This document shows, one piece after another, positions 49,701-58,547 of a stretch of 64,000 bases of DNA. A program made the translations under genes and the position numbers. Location: the NCBI GenBank assembly GCA_965235115.1, contig OZ249447.1:21452001-21516000 (forward strand), read 5' to 3'. The notes below the pieces were generated by a model. The model did not search any database. It saw nothing but the letters and a program-made list of their open reading frames with translations, and was not told the DNA's origin. The stretch comes from Laetmonice hystrix. Its lineage: Eukaryota. Each line of letters opens with the position of its first letter. The first letter of the stretch is position 1.

Positions 49701-52700
49701 TGTTCAGCCTGAACTAGTTTACTGGCAGAGGAGGGCAACGAGCACTGTCATCTAAATACTGTTGCTAACAATAGAATGTGGAGCAAAGCTGACAAGTACA
49801 TCATCTTTTCATCCCTCCTTTGTGACATGAATGTTCACTCCTGACCTTGTAGTACTTATTGGAAGGCTACCCTGTTTCCCCCTCACATGAGCATTCATCC
49901 ATGTCTCTGGTCGGTACCCCTACTCACGTACTAGGTAGTTAGGTACATGTACATGGAACCTTATGCCATGGTAACGCATATAAAACATCGTGACTAGTAT
50001 CTGAATAAAAGATTGTGTTCTGAAACAATCTTGCATCAACTACCGGTAATTAGTCCTAAATTATGCGGGGACAGGTGGCTGAAAACAATGGAAAAAAAAA
50101 CTAAAAAAAAAAACCTTGTAGAATCAGCACCTGTCTCAAGAATGGCCAGAGGGATAGCAGTACTTAGCACACCCCATGATCTAAGCAGTATATGTTACAA
50201 GTATGGCCCAGTTGAGTAAACCCCTGGAATTGACGTGACATAGAGTAATTTTGGTGAAGGAAGAACTTTAGTTTGCAGATTGGTGTAAATTGATATAAGA
50301 GATCTATGAAAAACGACTGATGCAAAATGGCTGTCCTGGTTGGAGGGATGCCACAGATTAACCCAAGTGTCATTCCACAAGACAAGAATCCTGGACTGCT
50401 CAGCATGCCTGGCAGCAGTCTACAGGGCCAACCTGCTCCCATTTCGGCCAGTGTGAACGGCCACTCGGTATCCCCTAGGTGTACGACCCATAAAACTTGC
50501 ATCAAACTGCATCATAAAACGCCCTGGCTGTGGCCTTTGTGCCAAGTGGCGTGGCTCATCACAGACCCTATCCCTCTGCATCTCCGTTGGCTGCAGTGTC
50601 TTCTGCCAGCTCACTGACAGCATCACAGGACTGATCAATAGAGCTGCCAACACGCCAGGTCCACCTACTCTCCATAGGACATGATACAGACACTGAATCT
50701 GCCTACAAACACTTCCACAGTGGATTTACATGAGAAGAGTTACTTAATGAAATTCATTGCAAATTTGTACTCTCTTTTTTTTTCTTATGTTCAACCGATT
50801 TTAACAGTCAATTTTGGTAACAAGACCAAGGAAAAAAAATTAAAGGCCCTGAATTAGATCCTAACTTCCAGAACAGTGCCCGATTGGAACTTTAGACCTG
50901 ATACAGTTTGAAAGGCTGGTGCATTCCCCTAATAATTTCTAAACCTGATGACAGGCTGATGTTAGTGTTGGTGTTTCAGACTAAGCCATCTCCCAAGAGT
51001 ACTTAAGTTAGACAAGTTTGTATTGCTCTAATGGTGTGTGATGGTGGTCTGCATCATTCGTCCGAATTAGGCTACTTGCTGCAACGGTTAAACAGGCAAC
51101 ATCATGCCACACACAGAGCATAACTTAAGGTAAAAAAAACAGGAAACGTGAACAAGATATGGTAGATACCCAATGAAGATGGCAATGACAATGTGGGGCT
51201 TGCTGAGATCCTTCTACTAGGCAGGTGAGACTTTGAACGTTTGGTCTGTACAGGTGCGCATCACGTGACACCAGGGAATTCCGTTCCTAGTCGCAGTTCA
51301 AATGGTGTGCAAGAACAGGTTGACGGGCATGACCAACGAATTTATGTTAATTATGTCCAATACACATTCTCAGGGGTGGAAATTGGGATAAAATCACCTA
51401 CTAGCCAGAAGGGCTAGGCAAGTAGAAATTAACTAGCCCTGGACTAGCCAGCAGGGCGAGTTCAGGTGAAGGGTTACTTGCCCTCGACGTGACCGCTGCA
51501 CAGCTATTCAAACAGAAATCTATGCAGTAGCAGGTTCTGCCTTCACTAGAAGGTCTGGAATTGTCTGGAGAACTTAGAACCTACTGAACATTCTAAGTTC
51601 TCTGCCTCTTAGTGTTAACCTGCCAAATACATGTACATTATGGTACCCGGTAGTATCATCATGACTGCCATTGTGGGGGACAGGCGACTGCAGGAAAAAT
51701 ATCACTCGCCCGTTCATTGTAGACAAATCGCCTGCAGGGCAACCTGAATGGTCAGACAAAGTCGCCCAACACAGGTTTAACTTGCTACGAGCGAGCATTA
51801 TTTTCTACCTCTGCATTCTGGGGCCACTCAAGGCAATCACAACTTATGAGACTCTTTTAGTAATTCACACCATGCATGCCCCCCAGATGGGTAAATGGAT
51901 GAGGCACATCCACTAGTTGGAATGGCATTTACTGCGACCTGGACTAGGGACAATTTACTTGGCTTATATGACAATCAAAAAAGATATCTCAAAATTACAA
52001 CTATGCTGCAGTCTAAGCACCTCACAGTCCCAGGGCTCGAAAAATACGGTTGCTAACTCGCATTTGGTAAGAGAAATTAAACCGTTGGCAAATAAAATTA
52101 TGTCTGATGACACTGGATGAGTCTGCTGGCAAGTAGATTTCATTGACTGGACACTTACTGGCTCCGAGATCAAAATCAAATTTTCAAGCCCTGCCTCTCT
52201 CAAAGTAGTTAACATAGATTTTTAAAGATAATGGTTAAAATCTTACATCTGGGTTCAACATTTGGCAACAGTGACTGAGCTGCTGTCGCATGCAATGACA
52301 GAAAACTGCACAATGGTAGTCAGTGCTCATCTCAATACAATTTTACCTGTTTACAATCCTGCAGTGAACAGTTCAGTGAAAAGCTATAGAACTCACTCCA
52401 ACTCATGGGCCACACTCTCAGATCTTCATCCACTGGTGATATGTTGATCAATGTGTGAGATGAGATCTTTCTAGATGAGCATGGGACTCTGCATTTATTA
52501 TGGTTTGGAGAGCAAGACAGTGCCAGACTTGGACGAATCCACTCATAAAACAATTTGTCCAACCCCGAGTGCTCATAGAAATTGAGAAACATGGTAGGAG
52601 CACACTGACTTATAAATTGACATCAACAACCCAACAGCTGGTGGCAACAGGCAACAGTTTGGCCTGTAGATGGTCTTTTTTGGCCTCAGTATCAAATATT

Positions 52701-53366
52701 TCATCCAAACATAGACAAATATTCAAAGAGTATGTACTTACAAAAGTTCATGAATCAAAAAAGGGCTTACCTTTGACAGTGACCTTGGTAATATCTTGAA
52801 AGAGTCTCACTTCTTCATCTGTTTCATTATTACTGCTGTTTGTATAGCCAATACACGAATAGGTACCACTGTCTGACAAATCTGACGATCCTATGTGTAA
52901 TGCAAAGCTGTCGGAATGGAAAACAATCCGATTTGAATCGCTGCTCTCCTTGGATGAATGCGAATGGTGCCCATCTTTCTCCCACCTGACCAGGGTAAGA
53001 TTGCCAAGTTTCCATTCAACAGTTGACAGGTTTTCCTTTGACACTGCAGTCATGCAGTGAATGACAATCTTGTGTCCTTCTGTTTGAGTCACAGGCTCAT
53101 TTTTCCGTAAAGACGGTTCTGAAATTAAAAGTAATGGATAAGTTACTCTAAGAAGACTACACAGGTGTGTATACTTGCTTATTTTAAAAGATTATGTAGG
53201 CTTTTGGGGTAAACTTTAACTTTTTGGGGTAAACTTTAACTTAAACTTTAACTTAACTTTCTTTTAATAGACCTGTAGCTACAAATAAATAACATATCTT
53301 ACCTGGATGGCTTGATGTAAACACCAGATGCATGATCAGGAGGGACGTCAACACTTTCCCCACCAT
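8633..53366 (-). CDS. PTP99A: Receptor-type tyrosine-protein phosphatase, PTP99A/PTPRG-like (R5): SP-Ig-4xFN3-TM-D1-D2; 27 coding exons, 1229 aa
   Basis: 27 GT-AG exons join with consistent phases into one 3690-nt ORF. D1 motifs: [53 protein letters not shown]2 has Asp for the catalytic Cys (VVDKFGG), as in R5-type PTPs. The ALTDVKGPSAP FN3 linker and FN3-rich ectodomain are PTP99A-like. Orthology is from recognition, not a search. Confidence 0.93.
8823..9142. repeat. 32-bp minisatellite x10 (AACCTTCAATAAACCGTTCCTTGTGAAAACAT) in the last PTP intron
   Basis: Period 32, near-identical copies. Confidence 0.97.
9276..9411 (-). CDS. PTP99A: PTP exon 26, D2 ([15 protein letters not shown]...KRPGIIPKQ)
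   Basis: 136 nt, phase 2-0, same size as D1 exon 19. Confidence 0.92.
10460..10703. mobile_element. Possible decayed MITE
   Basis: GGTTCCCACGC(T)CACC at 10460-10475 is inverted at 10690-10703; no clear TSD. Confidence 0.35.
11476..11601 (-). CDS. PTP99A: Duplicated alternative D2 exon 26b ([19 protein letters not shown]...)
   Basis: First 18 codons are paralogous to exon 26. CCACCAG acceptor and CAG|GTAAAA donor; 126 nt, phase 2-2; no stop. Usage not shown. Confidence 0.65.
12722..12777 (-). promoter_or_regulatory. Two tandem CTCF-consensus motifs (CCGCCAGGTGGCGC), 42 bp apart
   Basis: Exact copies at 12722-12735 and 12764-12777; sequence match only. Confidence 0.55.
12811..12962 (-). CDS. 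PTP99A: PTP exon 25, D2 (DDYE...WPD...GPIIVVDK)
   Basis: Asp replaces the catalytic Cys; phase 0-2; GTGAGT donor. Confidence 0.93.
13097..13222 (-). CDS. PTP99A: PTP exon 24, D2 (EFWP...RDFLLESTQ)
   Basis: 126 nt, phase 0-0. Confidence 0.93.
15428..15556 (-). CDS. PTP99A: PTP exon 23, D2 (YIVTQHPL...DFWRMVWD)
   Basis: Conserved motif; phase 0-0. Confidence 0.94.
15766..15842 (-). CDS. PTP99A: PTP exon 22, D2 ([11 protein letters not shown])
   Basis: Conserved motif; phase 1-0. Confidence 0.94.
15876..17157. repeat. 31-bp minisatellite, ~40 copies (CTCAGACACAATAACTAGCAATGTAATGGCG) with alternating variants; last units 37 bp
   Basis: Fills most of PTP intron 15843-17240. Confidence 0.97.
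17241..17334 (-). CDS. PTP99A: PTP exon 21, D2 ([12 protein letters not shown])
   Basis: KNR motif; phase 0-1. Confidence 0.93.
17447..17596 (-). CDS. PTP99A: PTP exon 20, end of D1 and linker ([12 protein letters not shown])
   Basis: Conserved motif; 150 nt, phase 0-0. Confidence 0.93.
17894..18029 (-). CDS. PTP99A: PTP exon 19, D1 (SAGVGRTG...QRNYLVQTE)
   Basis: P-loop and Q-loop; phase 2-0. Confidence 0.95.
18311..18462 (-). CDS. PTP99A: PTP exon 18, D1 (WPDHGVP...IIHC)
   Basis: WPD loop and catalytic Cys; phase 0-2. Confidence 0.95.
19286..19327 (-). CDS. PTP99A: Candidate 42-nt in-frame cassette exon in D1 ([14 protein letters not shown])
   Basis: TTGCAG acceptor, CAG|GTATGG donor, phase 0-0 in a phase-0 intron. 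Confidence 0.45.
21948..21961 (-). promoter_or_regulatory. CTCF-consensus motif CCACTAGATGGCAG
   Basis: Sequence match only. Confidence 0.5.
22456..22590 (-). CDS. PTP99A: PTP exon 17, D1 (RKCDQYWP)
   Basis: Conserved motif; 135 nt, phase 0-0. Confidence 0.95.
22958..23092 (-). CDS. PTP99A: PTP exon 16, D1 (YIATQGP...DFWRQVWEQ)
   Basis: Conserved motifs; 135 nt, phase 0-0. Confidence 0.95.
23503..23582 (-). CDS. PTP99A: PTP exon 15, D1 (YDHSRV...DYINANYVD)
   Basis: Conserved motifs; phase 1-0. Confidence 0.95.
23849..23942 (-). CDS. PTP99A: PTP exon 14, D1 ([11 protein letters not shown])
   Basis: KNRY motif; phase 0-1. Confidence 0.95.
24360..24457 (-). CDS. PTP99A: PTP exon 13, wedge region ([14 protein letters not shown])
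   Basis: Typical RPTP FxxEYE wedge; phase 1-0. Confidence 0.92.
25062..25238. mobile_element. 177-bp palindromic MITE-like element (79-bp arms, 1 mismatch, 19-nt loop)
   Basis: 25062-25140 is the reverse complement of 25160-25238. Confidence 0.85.
25314..25327 (+). promoter_or_regulatory. CTCF-consensus motif CCGCCAGGGGGCAG
   Basis: Core match, with TGCAG starting 18 bp upstream (possible upstream module). Confidence 0.55.
27590..27678 (-). CDS. PTP99A: PTP exon 12, juxtamembrane
   Basis: TTGCAG acceptor, GTGAGT donor, phase 2-1. Confidence 0.85.
27688..27850. repeat. 55-bp tandem repeat x3
   Basis: GCCA(C/T)ATAC starts at 27691, 27746, 27801. Confidence 0.85.
27996..28119 (-). CDS. PTP99A: PTP exon 11, transmembrane helix ([23 protein letters not shown])
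   Basis: Long hydrophobic run followed by RR; phase 1-2; GTAAGG donor. Confidence 0.93.
28706..28753. repeat. (ATG)n microsatellite, ~16 units
   Basis: Direct inspection; about 22 nt inside the intron after PTP exon 10. Confidence 0.95.
28776..28902 (-). CDS. PTP99A: PTP exon 10, FN3-4 second half ([18 protein letters not shown])
   Basis: Phase 0-1; FN3 consensus. Confidence 0.92.
32057..32250 (-). CDS. PTP99A: PTP exon 9, FN3-4 first half ([10 protein letters not shown]...IEWLKP)
   Basis: Phase 1-0; GTATGT donor. Confidence 0.92.
32390..32488 (-). CDS. PTP99A: PTP exon 8, FN3-3 second half ([19 protein letters not shown]...TDVK)
   Basis: 99 nt, phase 1-1, canonical sites. Confidence 0.92.
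32736..32918 (-). CDS. PTP99A: PTP exon 7, FN3-3 first half (VPGRP...[14 protein letters not shown])
   Basis: FN3 consensus; phase 1-1; TAG|GTAGGT donor. Confidence 0.92.
   Translation of the reverse strand, partial: YQGGPEFCTYPSTLQHPCMWCGRRRPNRTGSFLGTHSTGNMTIGSGTSHLAMRTITTLQT
33197..33311 (-). CDS. PTP99A: PTP exon 6, FN3-2 second half (TKLKPYTVY...NEVGEGP)
   Basis: FN3 consensus; phase 0-1; GTAAGT donor. Confidence 0.93.
35680..35861 (-). CDS. PTP99A: PTP exon 5, FN3-2 first half (APSKAAKP...NGALKGY)
   Basis: TTTAG acceptor, GTAAGT donor, phase 1-0. Confidence 0.92.
37155..37327 (-). CDS. PTP99A: PTP exon 4, FN3-1 second half ([22 protein letters not shown])
   Basis: FN3 consensus; phase 2-1; canonical splice sites. 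Confidence 0.93.
39347..39413. repeat. 24-bp tandem repeat x~3
   Basis: ATTGATACATGCACCATAACTGAT. Confidence 0.85.
39444..39570 (-). CDS. PTP99A: PTP exon 3, FN3-1 first half ([10 protein letters not shown]...YKIYTQ)
   Basis: TTTCAG acceptor, GTATGT donor, phase 1-2. Confidence 0.9.
41342..41629. repeat. 31-bp minisatellite x~9 (TGATTCTATCTCCTTTCATACTGTATCTTCC)
   Basis: Period 31. Confidence 0.95.
42323..42476. mobile_element. Short MITE with CCCCGG(T/A)TTCAAGA terminal inverted repeats, related to the 25062 element
   Basis: Left CCCCGGTTTCAAGA versus reverse complement of right end CCCCGGATTCAAGA. Confidence 0.65.
43900..44566. repeat. ~59-bp minisatellite x~11-12 with internal indels
   Basis: CCCGGCTCTAGACCCACACAGAGCACAGGAGAAAGTCCAGACTCTGAACTGTTCCTCAA. 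Confidence 0.95.
52771..53118 (-). CDS. PTP99A: PTP exon 2, V-type Ig domain
   Basis: IHC...VEW...DSGTYSC; TTTCAG acceptor, AAG|GTAAGC donor; 348 nt, phase 1-1. Confidence 0.92.
53303..53366 (-). CDS. PTP99A: PTP coding exon 1, signal peptide [21 protein letters not shown]
   Basis: ATG, hydrophobic core, CAG|GTAAGA phase-1 donor matching the Ig exon. Confidence 0.85.
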
Positions 53367-54160
53367 CTTGAAAATCCTACTGCACAGTTAACGCTGTGCT
53401 TGGTTAGTACTTTTCACACAAGTCTAAATACTGTAATTCGAACAGCTCATGGCATAATTCACGCATCAAAGACAAATGCCCGTCCAACCCTGGAGCTTCC
53501 ATCTTAAATGAATGCACCAACTTCACTCTTGGTCTACTTTAGTTTGTCGTTCAAGAAGTTGATATGTTACGTACTGTTTTTCTTTACATGTCGCTAATGC
53601 ACAAGTGCAAAGAAAGGGTATAAAAGCCGACATTCCAGAATGATCTCTCCAAAGTCACTAACACAAACACTGCCGTGTCTGAGAGATTTTGGTGAAGCAA
53701 TTACATTGAATGCGTCACGAGGTACAACCATGTTGTAGGTCCTGGTCGCACTATATGTGGATGTCATACAATGTCAGCCAACAGGTTTGTCTCCATGGAT
53801 GACACCCTCGGGGGCTAACTGACCCTCAGCTCTGAAGCCTGAAGTGCTCTTAGCGGCACTACTGTGTACTGGGTCTAGTACTAAAATGATGCTCTATGAC
53901 GATGAGTACTCAGCAGGACTTGAATAGCACCGCTGCATAGTCTGGTTTTTCATGTAAAAATCTGAATTAATATTTAACAGATAATCTTGGCTTCTTCACA
54001 GGAGACTCCTCAATGCCGTATTATCATAAATCCCGGCGTACAATCCCGATTGTCCCAGTCCTTTCTGAGCCGCCCGTCGTGAGCCGTCGACCAGACACTC
54101 AGACAGCGCCTGGCTGGGAGTGGCACTAACGCCCCGCCGCCAGCCACCGCCTCCTCGTAC

Positions 54161-54260
54161 CTTGACTAACCGATCAGCCACACCGCCTCACAACGCCCAA
54201 CGCTGCACTGTTCCAGTGGCCCTTTGAACTCCCGCTCCACCAAGTCTCCATTCCATCACC
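54161..54260 (-). other. Probable non-coding first exon of the PTP gene (5' limit unknown)
   Basis: CpG-rich segment ending in an AAG|GTACGA donor; acceptor-like AGs just upstream of the ATG at 53366. Confidence 0.4.
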
Positions 54261-54559
54261 TAAAACACGTGTGTAGTATGTCCAATCTCAAGTAAAAAAA
54301 GGTTTTAATTAGCTGTGCATCACTGAACTGTCAAATTTCTCCCTGGCTTGGGCCTGGCTTGGCTTCGTTGGGGTTTCGTTGGTACACCTGCAGAATCGGC
54401 CTACTTTCGTATCCTATTATTCGTAGTCACTTGCACCCGGGGATTTCTTGGGAAACTTACTAGATATATGAGCGATTTCTCCATATTGCTGGTGTAAGTC
54501 CTGGAAGGTAGGAGGTGTTTCAAATATCAAAAGACGCTTTTTTGTGCTGGGTTACTCTC

Positions 54560-54865
54560 TCCCGATCTCCCTTTCTTCCATGATCCCCTACCCTCATTAT
54601 GATGTAGCCCGGTTGCCGGAAGTAGCTGATGTACTTTTACGACATCTTTTCAGATCAAAATTTATCTCCAAAATGCTCTGTTAATAATTTGTATGTATTA
54701 ATTGGCTACAGTAGAATAGATCCTATTTCTATTGTCTCTATAGTTTTAATGACGTCGTATACAGAACCGCTTTATTATCTTTAGTTCAAATATTTATCGT
54801 CAGGTGTCACTAAAATCAATTCACCTAGCGGCAAGGGCCGACAACATTAATTTCAATATGGCTGC
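54560..54865. promoter_or_regulatory. Divergent promoter region between the PTP gene and TSR2
   Basis: Head-to-head genes; ETS-type CCGGAAGT at 54616-54623; YY1-type AATATGGC overlapping the TSR2 ATG. Confidence 0.55.
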
Positions 54866-54929
54866 GCCCATGGAAGACACGTTTTCTCTGGCTGTAAAAC
54901 GGGTTCTTGACAGTTGGACAGTTTTACAG
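54858..54929 (+). CDS. TSR2: TSR2 exon 1 ([24 protein letters not shown])
   Basis: ATG; CAG|GTGAAT donor, phase 0. Confidence 0.9.
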
Positions 54930-57760
54930 GTGAATTTTGACGTTTACGGTACAGTTTTAATGTCCGTAATGGTACCTCTTACTAGTCCAGGGGCCTAAGC
55001 CAGATCTCTAAGTTCAGATCTCTCAGTTCAGATCTCTCAGTCAAGTAGTAAAGTACATGTAGTTGTGGTTGCATGCCGCATGCCGCATGTCACATGCGTC
55101 AGTTCGTTGAATCTGACTGAACTGAAGTTTTTGCAATGGTTATTTTGCCGGCATTCCCGGTTCGAAACAATATGTTTGGGTTAGGGTTAGTGTTAGTTTA
55201 GTCCCAAATTGGTTGTTAATAAAGCGGTAATTATATAATCTGCTATTTTGCCGGAAGACATCTAATAAAATAGGAATCCAGTAATATGATTTGGGTGCTA
55301 CCCAGGGGCGAGCGCAGTTTTATTTAGCCTAGCTACTACAGTTTTGTTTCAGCTTTCCATAGCCGTATAGTCATTGATAATAATACGCCGGCCCGGGTGT
55401 CTGCCAAGTCAGGCCAAAGAATCTAGAGAAAACGTCAGCGCTGGGAGTAACAGGTCACTTAGCAACGCCCATTGTCGTCTTATGACGACCATGGTTATAT
55501 TGTTACGTCACAGTAGACTTTGGAATAAGCAAGTGTTGATATTGTGACGTCACAGTAGAAATCAACAGATCGGGTTCTAAATCCACTCTAGCAGGCTACG
55601 TTTTCCACCATTTTCACTTCGGTCAAGCGGCCGTAAACGGGAGCGATTGGCCGTTACGTTTCCGACAGGCGATTTGACGTGAATAGTAGGTAGAATCAAA
55701 TGGAAAAATCACTAAATGTTTGGAATCTGTTTATAGAAGTGGCAGATAAGGAAGCGGTTTGTAGATTCCCATGCGTTTGGGAAATTTATATTTCGATGCA
55801 GTGCAATTTAAGCCAATCAGATTGCTCCGATTTTGCCGGCTCCGTAATACCACCAAAACCTCCACAGATTTCCATATCCGATCGTTGCACGGTATGCAGC
55901 TCTCCTTGGGTATAGAGCTCGCTTTGCGAGCCGCTTCGCGGCTCGCTTGCGCTCGCTATAAGTAGCCTATTGCAGCCACATGACCCATCCATATCATGCC
56001 GGCAAAATAAGTAATGCCAGTTATTTTGGAGAATAATTAATCTGCACAATTTTTCCAAAATTAAAATATTATCTCTATTAGCCTACTAAGGCCCAATACA
56101 GAAATAGATTTTTTTAAATCTACTATTACGTACACATTATGTAAGAAGAAGAGAGAGAGAAATTCCTACTCTATGTCTACTATGACTATGATCATCCTGA
56201 GTACGTAATAGCCTTACCTATGTACATGTACACAATAGCAAATTAGAAAATATAAAAATTAGCATGTCCCCTCTGGGTCTTTATACATCAGCATGTATTA
56301 TTATATTTGCTATTTTCTTCATGATGACAGCTCGCCGTGCAGCATGGGTTTGGTGGGATTGATAGTGCAGCAAAAGCGGAGTGGATGGCCCAAGCTGTTG
56401 TCCAGTGGTTATCCGACAATGGTCAGCAAACACAAGATTTTTATGTCTTTCTGTTCTGACTGCCAACTCCTTTCCATAATTTCAAAGAAGCTTCATTTGA
56501 ATTTTCAGACATTTCATTCAAATTCCTTACACTAACATAAGTCATAAGTAAATGGAAGTTGAATGCTAAAGGAAAGCTGCAAAAGCAGTGTGCCTGAAAT
56601 AAACCTACCGGTAACCCTTTTTTTCCATCATTGCAGCAAATGTAGAACTTTATGAGGTGGAAGACTTTTTAGCTGATATCTTAGACGCAGAGTTCAATAC
56701 AGTTGCTGATGATGGGAGCCTACCAGAGGTAAGTTCAAGTACGGTACCTTTTCCAAGGTAACACTTCTGCACAACTTTCAGAACGGCATGATTCATATCA
56801 TAAAATAAAAGTTATTGTATACAGATGACTTACGTCCTGCAAGTATGGTACCTCCTGCAAACTGCCAAATTGGTAGAGCAGTGCCTGGATATTTTATTTG
56901 ACAATTGATATAGAAGGGATCATTGTGGTACTCATGAGTATATACAAATACTATCTCATTCTCCTACAATTGACAATGAAAGCGTGCCAAGTAGGCTACT
57001 AATGGACTCCTCAAATTTTTTTCATATGCAGGTAGCAAAGAAGGTCTGCGAATATTATCAGATGTGTAAAAATGGTAGGCTGGCTGATGTCAGGGAAGCA
57101 ATCAGTAGGTTGCCCAGAGCTGATGTATCAAGCTCAGTAGCTCATCGACAGGAAGAAGAGGAAGAGGATGACGAGGAAGAGGATGAAGTAAGTCTAAGTC
57201 AGATGCTGTGCTCATAATTAATTGTGAGTTTTGATAATGATGTAATATTGAAAAGAAAATATTCATGAACTGAAGAGATTTTTGAAAATATTCAAGACAC
57301 GATATTGTAACCTTAAATTGTAGATTCCTCCAGGAGCAGTTCCATTACAACTTCACGATGGCCAGGCATCATCACGAAGCACAAAAGAATCAGGTCAGAC
57401 TTTTGGCATATTTACATTCCAATTTGTATGCACATGCCAAAACAAAGTGGTATCGAAGAAATTTAGATGAAAGTTGTGGAGTCAACTTTGATAAACAGTG
57501 CTTCACCAAACTTCAGAAATTTAATATTGTTTGTTGTATTTGTGTGTGGAAGGAGTGGGATGGAAACTTGGGAGTTGACCAAGACGTGGATCTTAAGTAA
57601 ATCTAAAGTTTCAAGTCAAACTTGTATTGCTTACAGCACCATCGTAGTAATGTTAATTCTGTGATATTGTGAACATGCTTTCTTTGCTGCAGAAGAAACA
57701 CCTATGGACATGGAAGAGGATGATGGTTGGACGGTAGTCAGAAAGGTGAAGAAGAAATAA
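54858..57760 (+). CDS. TSR2: Pre-rRNA-processing protein TSR2 homolog; 6 exons, 182 aa
   Basis: Exons 54858-54929, 56331-56421, 56637-56728, 57032-57187, 57324-57393 and 57693-57760 join in phase (549 nt). Motifs: [15 protein letters not shown]...[14 protein letters not shown], acidic tract, C-terminal DDGWTVV. Confidence 0.93.
56331..56421 (+). CDS. TSR2: TSR2 exon 2 (LAVQHGFGG...WLSDN)
   Basis: Phase 0-1. Confidence 0.92.
56637..56728 (+). CDS. TSR2: TSR2 exon 3 (EVEDFL...[13 protein letters not shown])
   Basis: Phase 1-0; GTAAGT donor. Confidence 0.93.
57032..57187 (+). CDS. TSR2: TSR2 exon 4, with acidic tract
   Basis: Phase 0-0; GTAAGT donor. Confidence 0.9.
57324..57393 (+). CDS. TSR2: TSR2 exon 5, low-conservation linker
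   Basis: Phase 0-1, needed to reach exon 6 in frame. Confidence 0.8.
57693..57760 (+). CDS. TSR2: TSR2 exon 6 ([13 protein letters not shown])
   Basis: Conserved DDGW motif; TAA at 57758-57760. Confidence 0.92.
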
Positions 57761-57829
57761 TGCGACACATGATTCCATCCTTTGTGCAATATTATCAGCG
57801 TCTTCTGGATATATCTGGATTGTAAATAC

Positions 57830-57835
57830 AATAAA
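57830..57835 (+). terminator. Probable TSR2 polyadenylation signal AATAAA
   Basis: First AATAAA, about 70 nt after the stop. Confidence 0.55.
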
Positions 57836-58533
57836 TGTATTAAAAAGCCATTATCACAAGCGCCTGGGAAATACTGCTAATATAATGTCAATTGTGATCC
57901 TGTTTGAAATCCAGCGACCAGAATCAGCAGTCCCATCTCAAAGTGAGGGTTTTTATCAGGACCACATACCAACCCAGGCTACATGCCTATTCCTCACTAT
58001 CCACCTGGAAACTTTGGTTACATTCGATCTATTTAATGTCCATTCATATTGTTTCCAGTTCCTACCGCACTTGGTCAATTTAGGTATTAAGAATAACACA
58101 TGGTATTTTTAGTTCTCTAGATATTTTTCATCTAGACGTTTTCTGACGCAATGCATGGCAGAAACACAAATGTATTGAGCAAAGGAATGTCATTGGGCCA
58201 TGTTTGACTATGCCTTCTTTTTAAGTTATCCCAGAACAAATTGGGAACGTCTTCTGAAGATATCATATTTGATTGTTCATTTATGTAAGCTGCATTATTG
58301 ATTAATCTGGTCTTATACCAATCAGCTGGACATATTAATTATTACTTATAAATAAAAGTGTAAATAAAGTACTGTAATGACTGTTCTTTATAAAAGGTCT
58401 AGATTGAATTCCCCCTGTTTTCTCACAGATGCAAAATATAAAGTTTACCAGATGTGACTCTTAAACCAATGCCAAGATTCAAGTAAACCGTGTTTGCAAG
58501 CACACGACCGCATCGAGCCCATCCAGTCCTTTT

Positions 58534-58547
58534 GCGCCACCTGGTGT
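58534..58547 (-). promoter_or_regulatory. CTCF-consensus motif ACACCAGGTGGCGC between TSR2 and SLC41
   Basis: Sequence match only. Confidence 0.45.

Noticed and set aside
51372-51500. CAGGGGTGG start and CTAGCC repeats suggesting a hAT-type element
   Set aside because: I found no matching inverted end or 8-bp target duplication.
53996-54181. 61-aa ORF as the PTP N-terminus
   Set aside because: It starts at GTG and has no signal peptide; a proper ATG and signal peptide exon exists at 53366.
55160-55170. GGTTCGAAAC, a Pol III B-box-like word
   Set aside because: There is no A-box or cloverleaf, so neither a tRNA nor a SINE is supported.
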